DNA of 64,000 nt, taken from positions 8,494,001-8,558,000 of the forward strand of contig CM120645.1 in assembly GCA_051362555.1 (NCBI GenBank), written 5' to 3'. The stretch is from Lingula anatina (lineage: Eukaryota > Animalia > Brachiopoda). The notes beneath the pieces were generated by a model. The model did no database searches and was not told the DNA's origin. It saw only the letters and a list, made by a program, of their open reading frames with translations. A program made the translations under genes and the position numbers. Shown here one piece after another: positions 1 through 10,246 of this stretch. Position 1 is the stretch's first letter, and each line of letters starts with the position of its first letter.

Positions 1-437
1 TTTGGCATTCTTTTTGAATCTGAGATACCAGTTAAAATAAAGTTTTTTCATTGCATGCTAGGTAACCTCCCTCCCCAGGGGAATTTTTTTTAAATCTGGT
101 ACAGCAACCAAACCGCTGGACCTGGTTGCATTCAGTAGCTACTAACTGAAAAAATAATGTCCAGCACTGCATAAGGGTCTGCAATAGACTTCATACCAAT
201 AAAATACATGACTGTTCTGTTAAATAAACATTAATCATTGCCTGATAACTTGGATTATCATTTATCTTAAACAATCCTTATGAAATGGATTTTTTCTTTG
301 ATATTAGATGAAATTAACTCAAATCTTGGAACTATGAACAAATTTTTAGTTCTCAGAGTGTCAGAGTATTGCATATACATGTAAGCCTGTTGTACTTGCA
401 TATACTAAACGTAATATACTACATGTAAACATTCACA

Positions 438-682
438 GACCATATCATACTAACTATGGATCGATCTATCTTCCAGGAGATTCTCACTAGATTGCAATCA
501 ACTTAAGCAGCTTAGATGCCTGTCATACCTACTAAAGCTGATAGGGGGTAATTATTTATCATTCAGCAGCTTCAACAGGCTTGTCAGACATTTTAAGTTG
601 CTTAAGCTGAAAGCTATTTAGCAAGAGACCCCTCGGTGATGGATTGATCCTGTGAGATATATCTAGATATGGGAACCCAGTC
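438..682. mobile_element. Degenerate copy of the Harbinger-like MITE family also found at 43006 and 60684
   Basis: Shares GATCGATCTATC..TCTCACTAGATT..GCTTA..CCTACTAAAGCTG..AGGGGGTAATTA with 60684-60908 in the same orientation; ends are eroded. Confidence 0.6.
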
Positions 683-982
683 ATAGAGTTAAGTACATAT
701 TCTTACTTGAAGCTGGAGTCCAATGGTTAAGAAGAATAGTTAAGTGCAGTGAAGGATATTTGGATCACAATAAATTAATAATCAACCTCTTTTACGCATA
801 TCCTTTTCTGGTTGTTTCAAAAAATCAATTTCCAGGAAAAACAACGTAGTTTTTCTTTAGGCCAAAGAACTGTCTTCACTATGGCAACAGCCCGTTAATA
901 TCGGCAGTGCTAGGTGACCTGCACTAATGGTATAAGTCCTGAATATACTAATTGCCTGAAATAACCCTGTTACAGTTCAGTA

Positions 983-1033
983 TACACACATACACACACA
1001 CACACACACACTCACACACACACACACACACAC
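983..1033. repeat. (CA)n microsatellite
   Basis: Visible dinucleotide run. Confidence 0.95.
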
Positions 1034-1107
1034 GTTACAGAAATGGTTCTAATGTGTATTTATTTTTCTTTTCATGTAATGGAAGTTTTCTCCTGCAGAG
1101 ATGCCTG

Positions 1108-2762
1108 TGTACCATGAAAATCTGACTCCCCTAAAATGTGACTCCCCAGTCAGATTTTCATTATGAAAATCTGACTCCCCAGTCAGATTTTCATAATGAA
1201 AATGTGACTCTCCCTATGAAATTTTGACTCCCCCCAAAAAAACATCCATTAATCTTATTTTATTTGAGTAAATGACTATGATTTTGTAGTATGCATAATG
1301 GATGATACATTGGCACTTTTTTGTAGTTTGAAGGTGAAAATTTTCATTAAAAAAAAAGAAAAATTAAAAATGTGCACATAATGAAAATGTGGTTCCCCTA
1401 TGAAAATTTGACTCCCCCTCCACAAAACTTCATAAATCTTATTTTATTTTGAGTATATGACTGTGATCTTGTATTATGTAAAATGGTTGATACATCAGCA
1501 CATTTTTTGTAGTTTGCACATAAAATTTTAATGAAAAAATGAGAAAATTAAAAATGTGCACATAATGAAAATCTGACTCCCCCATGAAAATAGGTCCTTT
1601 TCCCCATGGGAGTCCAAATCTCATGGGTGTAAAAATAAAGATTTTCATGATTTCTGTTCATGCTTTCACTATTTTATCATCAAACCTTTAAATGTTTCCA
1701 ATATATTTTTCATAAAGTATCCTAAAAGAAAAGGTGTCATCAAATATTAAATAACTTTTTCATCGGGGAGACAATAGGCGATTAAGTGGACATTTTTAAT
1801 TTCCTTATTTTTTCATGAAAATTTTCACCTGCAAATTACAAAAAAGCGCCAATGTATCCTCCATTTCACATACTACAAGATCACAGTCACATACTCAAAA
1901 TAAAATAAGATTTATGAAGTTTTGTGGAGGGGCAGTCATATTTTGATGGGGGAGTCAGATTTTCATTATGTGCTCATTTTTAATTTTCTTATTTTTTCAT
2001 TAAAATTTTCACTTCAAACTACAAAAAATATGCCAATGTATCAACTATTTTACATGCTACAAGATCAGAGACATATACCCAAAATAAAATAAGGTTTATG
2101 AAGTTTTATGATGGGGGAGTCAAATTTTCACAGGGGAGTCAGATTTTCATTTTGTGCACATTTTTAATTTTCTTTATTTTTCATTAAAATTTTCACCTTC
2201 AATCTACAAAAAATGTGCCAATGCATCCTCCATTTTACATACTACAAGATCACAGACATATACCCAAAATAAAATAAGATTTATAAAGTTTTATGATGGG
2301 GGGAGTCATATTTTCATGGGGGAGTCAGATTTTCATTATGTGCTCATTTTTAATTTTCTTATTTTTTCATTAAAATTTTCAATGCAAACTACAAAAACAT
2401 GTGCCAATCTATCCTCTTTTTTACATACTACAAGATTACAGTCATATACCCAAAATAAAATAAGATTTATGACGTTTTATGATGGGGGAGTCAAATTTTC
2501 ACGGGGGAGTCAGATTTTCATTATGTGCACATTTTTATTTTTCTTATTTTTTCATTTGAATTTTCACTGCAAACTACAAAAAAATGTGCCAACGTATCAT
2601 CCATTTTACATACTACAAGATCAGAGACATATACTCAAATGAAATAAGATGTATGAAGTTTTGTGGAGGGGGAGTCAAATTTTCATGGGGGGAGTCACAT
2701 TTTCATTATGAAAATCTGACTGGGGAGTCACATTTTCATGGGAGTCAGATTTTCATGTTACA
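1108..2762. mobile_element. Non-autonomous Ginger-like foldback DNA transposon with internal ~185-bp tandem units
   Basis: TGT...ACA termini (TGTACCATGAAAATCTGACTCCC / GGGAGTCAGATTTTCATGTTACA). The 4-bp TSD CCTG lies at 1104-1107 and 2763-2766. About 2.5 units form the left arm (~1196, 1381, 1565) and about 5 inverted units the right arm (~1951, 2136, 2321, 2506, 2691). TGT/ACA ends with a CCGG-like 4-bp TSD fit Ginger1. Confidence 0.75.
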
Positions 2763-2944
2763 CCTGCATGTTGTACATTGAGGGCATATTGTGCAGAATG
2801 GATTTTCTGTGTGCATGGACAATAAATATAATTTTTGGAACGAGCATGTTAAGTAATTAAAATGAGCAGATGAAAAGTAACATATATCAGTGAATTATTG
2901 CTTCTTCAATACAAAGACTTCATGAGAGGCATTTTGTTTTTTAA

Positions 2945-4334
2945 AGGCCTACTGCGCTCTAGGAACACATAGCGTTCACTGCTTTTTTTACAGTATAAAA
3001 ACTATAAATCCACGTCAAAAAATTGTTCTTTTTAAGTTTTAGAGAGAAAAGATGAGATTTAGATGAGAAAATTCTGATTGGTCAGTTTCTAGTGACGTAA
3101 CCCGTGGAGTAGCTTCCCACAGCTGTACTAGTAATAGTATATACTATGCAGTAGGCGACTAAACATCCAGGTGTCAGAAAAACAAATGCCGCAAAGTTGT
3201 GTTGCTCCCGGGTGCCGTAATGTAGGTTACAATAAGAAAGACATCTGCTATTATATCCTGCCTGCGGATGCCGCTAAACGTAAAATTTGGCTCAATTCTC
3301 TGAAGTTAAAAAATCCCAGCACTGTGTCAAAACACGCGGGGATCTGTAGCGACCACTTCGAGCCGGAATGCTTCGTACGTGACCTGCGAGCTGAATTGTG
3401 CGGTGGAAAAGCACGGAGAAAACTAAAAGATGATGCTGTACCCAGTATATTCGATTTTTCGGAGTACCAAAATGCGACAGTAAATGCCAGAGCGCTGCCG
3501 ACGAGAGTCTTACCTGTAGGATGTGTGCATGATGCGGCCGTCGAAAGGAAGAAGAGAGCAGCTTCTAGAGCCCAAAAAATAGTTCGTAGCAGAATTACGT
3601 TGTCGAATTTTTTGGTTATGTTAGTGAAAACGTTAATATTAACATGATAGTGGAATCAAATTTTTACTCGACATACTGCTGCACTGATCACGTGTAAGGC
3701 AGAAGTAGCGAGGTAAGTTGCAGAGGTGTGAAATGTAGTGTCCGATGCGATCAGTCCGATATCTTTGGCCTTTTGTCCACTGACCTGGCTCTCCCGGAAT
3801 GACACTGGTAAACTGCACGGGTGTGAAAAATAATGTTAGCTGTCACACCTGCATGTATTAGGTAACTTTCTCTTATCAGTCGGGATAAGAACGTTCAGCC
3901 GACGCGACAGATGGGCAATGTGTGAAAAACTGTGTTCGCTGCCCTGCTTCCAAACCTTTACTGTTAACATAGTTTTGGTGTATTTTGTTGGTTAATAAAT
4001 GATAACCACGTGGGGAATTAATCTTCTTTTGTGTATCTATCTTCAAAAGTTTGAATTTATAAATGATCATGTAGTGATCAATTGCGTGTATCGTTTTAGT
4101 TTGCACTGCTAGCAAGCGGATAGCTGAATCGAATATGGCTTTCTGAGCCTTGACGCTAGTGACGTCACTCGCCTTAAAGCGCCACCACGCGGGAGTATCA
4201 TAAACTACATTCACACCTGCATAAAATCGGCTTTAAAAACTAAATAAACGTAAGAACTTTTTTTTCATTACTCAAAAATGACTTTTGGGCACCTAACGGA
4301 TAGTTTTAACCCGTTTTTTCATCACAGTATACCT
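2945..4334 (+). mobile_element. Internally deleted Kolobok-type DNA transposon carrying a THAP ORF
   Basis: TTAA TSD at 2941-2944 and 4335-4338. Imperfect short TIRs: AGGCCTACTGCG vs reverse complement of the right end AGGTATACTGTG. THAP ORF inside; no DDE domain seen. Confidence 0.7.
3186..3647 (+). CDS. THAP zinc-finger (C2CH) protein, transposon-derived
   Basis: MPQSCVAPGC...P...W...ICSDHF...LKDDAVPSIF gives the full THAP signature (C-x4-C, P, W, C-x2-H-F, AVPTIF box), followed by a basic RKKRAASR stretch. Confidence 0.85.
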   Translation: MPQSCVAPGCRNVGYNKKDICYYILPADAAKRKIWLNSLKLKNPSTVSKHAGICSDHFEPECFVRDLRAELCGGKARRKLKDDAVPSIFDFSEYQNATVNARALPTRVLPVGCVHDAAVERKKRAASRAQKIVRSRITLSNFLVMLVKTLILT

Positions 4335-4343
4335 TTAAAGAGT

Positions 4344-4727
4344 ATGGGAACCTGCAAGATGCTTTTTGGTGACTCAATTAATTAATTAGGATTTCCCAAG
4401 ACAAGGGTGCTCTTATACGAGCAATGAATAGACAAGATGCCTTTGTTGAAAATCGCTGTGAGAGGGTCCCTTCAGATAAGGGTGATGGGGCTGATGAGGG
4501 TTTAGATATCCCAGTAGTAACTGTTACGGATATAAGATGGGAACCTGCAAGACGTTTTTTGGTGAGTCATTAGGATTCCTCTTGACAAAGGTGCTCTAAT
4601 ACGAACAAAGAATAGGCAAGATGCCTTTGGTGAAAATCCCTGTGAGAGGGTCCCTTCAGATAAGGGTGTCTTCATTGGGCTGATGGGGGTGATATATCCC
4701 AGTAGTAACTGTTACGGATGTCAGATG
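4344..4727. repeat. Two-copy tandem repeat, unit about 190 bp
   Basis: ATGGGAACCTGCAAGA...GAGAGGGTCCCTTCAGATAAGGGTG...ATATCCCAGTAGTAACTGTTACGGAT occurs twice (from ~4344 and ~4537). Confidence 0.85.
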
Positions 4728-6090
4728 TTTGAAATTTAATGTCATATGTCTTATGTATCGTCTTTATTCCATTTTTTTTTTTTTTAATAATAATAAGCGC
4801 AGATTCCACTTTAATTAAGTGTTCGTTTTATAATACTAATTGCAATATCAATGATTATGTAGGAGAATAGTAAAATACTAGAAATGACAGAGGCATAGTG
4901 TATTTATGTATTCCATGACCTACATCTGTCATTGTCAGCATACTGTTGCTGTGCTCTTTTCACCATTAGCGCAATTTGTGGAGGACCATATGACTTATTA
5001 TCCTCAAACTTACTGGAGTGATTTATGGCACTAAATTACAGGTAAAGTTTGAAAAGCAGCTTTGTTTGATTAATTTTCTTGAATTTCTAGAATGATGCAC
5101 TTTTTTTGCAGAAACTCAAGGTGACAGTATATAGATCACTTCATGTTATATCTTTCCACTAAAAAAAATCTCAAGGTCAAAATCATTACAAAGTGGCAGT
5201 CGATTTGAAAACTGATGCCAACCCTTCATGCTTTTAAATGGGTCTTAACATATACCCAATACAGTAATTAATCAGAAAATTTGCAAAAAAAGAGAAAAAA
5301 AAATATTACTGAAAATCATAATTCCAAAAAATTTAAAAAACCCAAAGGATGATTTGAAAGTTCTGGATGTGAACTTTGTACAATCCAGAAAAGACTGTGT
5401 GAGTGTGTAATTTAAAAAAAATTTAAAAAACCCAGAAAAAAAAAAAATGTTGAAATAAGTGAGGTTTGAAATTTTTGAAAAACTACCGTATCTCTCATTC
5501 AGAATGACTGATGACAACCCATTATCTACTATTGCCATTACATTTATGTGGTCAGAGAATGAAGAAAATAGCTTTGGCAATCAATATTTCACCATGGTCT
5601 AGGAATTGTAAAATATAAAGCACCAAATAGTAGTACATGTATTCTCTACAAGTCCAATACCAAATTCTAAATTTCTATTCATGCAAAACTCTGTATCACA
5701 TAAATTAAGTAGATTCTAGATTAAATACTTTAAATCTTGGCCAAAACTTTTATCCATTTCTTCTGTATCTACTAAAGTTTGATTTACACTAAAAGGCCAA
5801 TTCAAATAGTCCCATGGCTAGCCTGTAAATATACTCAATTCTTTAAAATAAAAAATAAAAAATTAATAAATTTAAAAAGATTTATAATCAAGTCCATATT
5901 TTTTCTTAAAACATACTTTCAAATAATTGAAAGGTGTCTGGTGTTTCCTTTCTAGCCTTTTTTTTTATATTATTCCCCTTTCTTACAAATCTATATTTTA
6001 CCATGGGTTACATATAGTAACTAAAAGCATCAGATCCACCCATCATCATCAACAACAATTTTCTATAAATCTCCATGCAAAAAAAAATAC

Positions 6091-6298
6091 CTTTCAGAGC
6101 ATTTGCAGTATCCTCATCCGTGGCATCCCAGTCAATATTCTCCGGATTGGTGACAGAGAAATCTGGGTCCATGATGCTGTGCCAGCTGGCAATGACAGGT
6201 CTAGGGTGCCAACATGAAACCAGCACATCTACAACCCATGATGATACTGCTAGTCTTCTGTTGCCACCAGGTTCTTTTTTTCTTACTGTTATTGTCAG
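6091..6298 (-). CDS. Putative exon of an unidentified minus-strand gene (…MDPDFSVTNPENIDWDATDEDTANALK)
   Basis: Acceptor ttccccag at 6299-6300, open frame through the exon, ATG at 6172, donor AAAG|gtattt after 6091. An upstream donor GAGTG|gtgagt at 7146 suggests a first exon. Downstream exons were not identified. Confidence 0.4.
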
Positions 6299-6517
6299 CT
6301 GGGGAATACATTTATAAATGAAAATTAGAACAACTTCCAATCCATTTTTATTGGATTGTCCACCAGAAGAGAATTTTTATGAAACAACTACCTACAGTAG
6401 AGTATATATTCCCATCACCAAAGCATCATTAAGCTGACCTCCTAAGACATTTCCTCAATATCACCCTGAATTTCAGAGGCCACTGTAAACACACTATTAT
6501 CAGATACTGGTACTGCA

Positions 6518-6551
<34 letters not shown>

Positions 6552-7145
6552 CACATAATACATATAGTTGTGATTTTCTGGTGACCTCTCAAACCCAGGG
6601 TGCATATTGATCCTGTAGCAAAAATCTATATAACTATCCAAATATGTTTCACTGTGGGTTTATGAAAACTTTGTCAAAAAAGTAATTGACTGAGACTATA
6701 AGCACTGTACATGTAATAAGTACCTGTAATAGTGTATTAAAAATGAGAATGCTGCGGCCTACCTGGCAGAGACAGGTTTTTCAGGTCATCCATTTTGATT
6801 ATAAATATTTATAATTTTCACAAGTCTACAAAGCGAAGACTTTCACTTTCACTTTAACTACCCCTTTAGTGAGTACATGTACCCAGTATAAGGTGAAAAT
6901 CTAAAAATGCTGACTGTTGCCAACAAAACCCTGGGGTGAATATTATCATTTATATTATATTTCAAAAGCGTACAGAGGGAATTACCCCCACCCCAAGCAT
7001 ATGGTTTGTACACTTGTAAAAATGTCATGATAAAATTGGGTGACCTCTGATAAAATTGGATGACCCTAAGTAAAATCAAGATACCAAATAATTGCAGAAT
7101 GTGTAAAATTTTAAGAACACGTTTGTGGGAAGTTCATGTACTCAC

Positions 7146-7766
7146 CACTCGTCGTTTCCCTCCTAGGGCTACGTTTTTGACCAGATAATTGTATAAGTCA
7201 CCACAGTTTTCACTAGTACGTGCACTGAGGTTGAATAGTTTTGTGGCATTAATTTCTGACAGCTCGATAAATTAGCCTGTACCCGATGATCGATGAAATT
7301 AACAATTAAAAAGAAAGTAAGCCAGTGACTTATGAAAAAATGGTTTAACTGAATTGACGTTTATGCTCCTCGTGAAGATCAAACGCTAATGCAATCGATT
7401 CAAAGTAGTAAATATGTGTTATAAAATGCACAATAAAATCTAAAATATTTGCACAAACCTCCAATTTCCCTGGTTGCTATTCGATGCTACTGCAGATGGC
7501 GAGCCCGGATGCGGGATTTCATTTCGGCTGTGTAATTTTACTGTCAAAATGACAGTAAAACTCAATATAAACACGGTATTATATGAAAAATAGCATAATT
7601 TTACATCTTTTTATTTGGGTCATTTAGTGAACTTTTCTGTCAAAACAATTAAAAAAGACAAAAATATTAAATTATGATCCCACTCTTTTATCAAATGAGA
7701 TCGGAAAGTCTGCTACCGCAAAGTGCCCGTATAATGCAAACTTTGGAAGGAGATGTGAGCGCAGAT
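7146..7766. promoter_or_regulatory. Probable bidirectional promoter between the minus-strand gene and PHYH
   Basis: CpG-richer stretch between a minus-strand donor (7146) and the PHYH start (7767). Contains an 11-bp-stem inverted repeat at 7536-7560. Confidence 0.4.
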
Positions 7767-10182
7767 ATGGCCACTGACAAGTTGAAGAGCGTGCGGAGGA
7801 ATTTGCACCCAGCTGAAGCAAACCCAGTAAGTAGGCAGGTTGGAATAGCTACGTAGATTGTATTTAGATCTACCATGTATATCGTCAAAGTTTTTCAATA
7901 TCTGCAGCCAGCTTTGCTCAAGAACGAAACAAGTTAGGTATATCAGAAAAATTTTCAAACTGATCAGAAAATTAAAATACTTATATCATCTGAAAGGTAA
8001 TGCAAAAACCGGATGAAATCATTTGGAATTTTTTAAATATTCCTACAAGCAACAAAGATATTGAAGTTTTTTAACTGCAAAAATCCACCAAAAGTGTCCA
8101 CACTTCTCAGCTCAAAACCTGTGCCCACTGACCAGCAGTGATCACTCAGGCGCAGCAGAGCACCCTGTGTGTCTTTGTGTGCTCAGCCTATTGTCTGGCT
8201 CACATAGCCTGTGACTAATCAGGGCAGAGCTATTTCCCTGTGGTAATTTTCACATCATGTAATATTGCGGATTAAATTAACTGTACTTCGCAACCTTCAA
8301 ATTTCATGATTTTTCTACATAATATAGCAAATTTCATAAACTTTGCTGGATATAAATTTCAAAAAGATGATACCAGCACTTACCTGAAATTTTTTAGCAT
8401 TTTGTAGAGGCAAAACTTAAAACAAGCAGAACCGAAACTTGTCAAAGACTGCAACATGGGAAAATCATGTGACCGGATTTTACTCTTTGATTTACAACTT
8501 ATTTAGTTAATGGCTTGTATTAGTTTTTTTACGCAGCGCTAAAAGAGAGATTTAAAAAAGGGGTTCCATGGGCGAACTGTCAGCAGGCCGACTTCAGTTT
8601 AACACTTCACTGCCCGTGGACAGTTACGACTGTAGCGCCCCTAGCGGATTGTGATCTACCTAAACAAGTCGAGTTTTGTATTAAAATTTTGTCTGACGAG
8701 TGACATACGGTAATACGTGACATATAAATTATTGTGTCACGTAGAACTTCTTGTCTTTTCAGACTTCCGTCTTTTATCGTTCTTCTTACTGTCTAACTCC
8801 TTTAAAATTTGGGATTTCCATTTCTACAGCTGTTCGTTTATGTACGTGCTTTCTCACATAGGTAGATCACAATCCGCTAGGGGCGCTACAGTCGTAACTG
8901 TCCACGGGCAGTGAAGTGTTAAACTGAAGTCGGCCTGCTGACAGTTCGCCTATTGAACCCCTTTTTTAAATCTCTCTTTTAGCGCTGCGTAAAAAAACTA
9001 ATACAAGCCATTAACTAAATAAGTTGTAAATCAAAGAGTAAAATCCGGTCACATGATTTTCCCATGTTGCAGTCTTTGACAAGTTTCGGTTCTGCTTGTT
9101 TTAAGTTTTGCCTCTACAAAATGCTAAAAAATTTCAGGTAAGTGCTGGTATCATCTTTTTGAAATTTATATCCAGCAAAGTTTATGAAATTTGCTATATT
9201 ATGTAGAAAAATCATGAAATTTGAAGGTTGCGAAGTATAGTTAATTTAATCCGCAATATTACATGATGTGAAAATTACCACAGGGAAATAGCTCTGCCCT
9301 GATTAGTCACAGGCTATGTGAGCCAGACAATAGGCTGAGCACACAAAGACACACAGGGTGCTCTGCTGCGCCTGAGTGATCACTGCTGGTCAGTGGGCAC
9401 AGGTTTTGAGCTGAGAAGTGTGGACACTTTTGGTGGATTTTTGCAGTTAAAAAACTTCAATATCTTTGTTGCTTGTAGGAATATTTAAAAAATTCCAAAT
9501 GATTTCATCCGGTTTTTGCATTACCTTTCAGATGATCTAAGTATTTTAATTTTCTGATCAGTTTGAAAATTTTTCTGATATACCTATTCTCACAGGTTTA
9601 CTTTAGAGCCACAATTAAGTCAAGAGATAAAAAAATGTTAGTTGTTCACGTTTTCAGTTTCAAACAGGAGGTATCTTGAGTCTTATTTGCGTTTTCAAAT
9701 TTTTTTATACAAGAATAACAAAATAGATTTTTATACCTTGTACATCATGCATATTCTTAGCACCACCACCCCCATAAAATAAAATTTAAAAAATGAGGTA
9801 CACCTTCACCTGAACAGGTAATTCAGTTGTTAACAGACAAAATGGTCAACAGGTAAATCAAAATATATGGATCTATCATAAACGAAAACATCTTTAACTA
9901 TTTATATGGAAATATTCAAATATAACATCTCGTTTCTTCAATGAAGCGGGCTTTAATGCCTATATTTATGCCCTCTTGATTTCCAGGTATTACATCCTAC
10001 GTCTGGGCTCTATTCACAATCATCTGTTGGGGACTACAGATACACCTTGCCAAACTCAGTATTAACAGATGCTCAAAGGAAATTCTATGAAGACAATGGC
10101 TTTCTTGTTATCCCTAAATTAGTCAGTAAAGACAAGCTAGAGAAGTACAGGTGAGCTATAGATTCCAAAGATTTTTAAAATC

Positions 10183-10246
<64 letters not shown>

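Noticed and set aside
2154-2781. ORFs of 162 aa and 65 aa with repeated GESDFHY motifs (also 1439-1648 on the minus strand)
   Set aside because: They are translations of the 185-bp tandem units of the foldback element, with no protein features.
3876-4214. Minus-strand ORF inside the Kolobok element as a candidate KolX gene
   Set aside because: No Cys-rich KolX motifs are recognisable in the frames examined.
4488-4530. CTGATGAG-GG…CCC resembling a hammerhead ribozyme core
   Set aside because: The required GAAA after stem II is absent (AGTA instead), and the second copy lacks CTGATGA.
7674-7766. In-frame upstream ATGs extending PHYH by up to 31 aa
   Set aside because: The ATG at 7767 puts the PTS2-like motif at the N-terminus as in homologues, and the extension is unsupported without TSS data.
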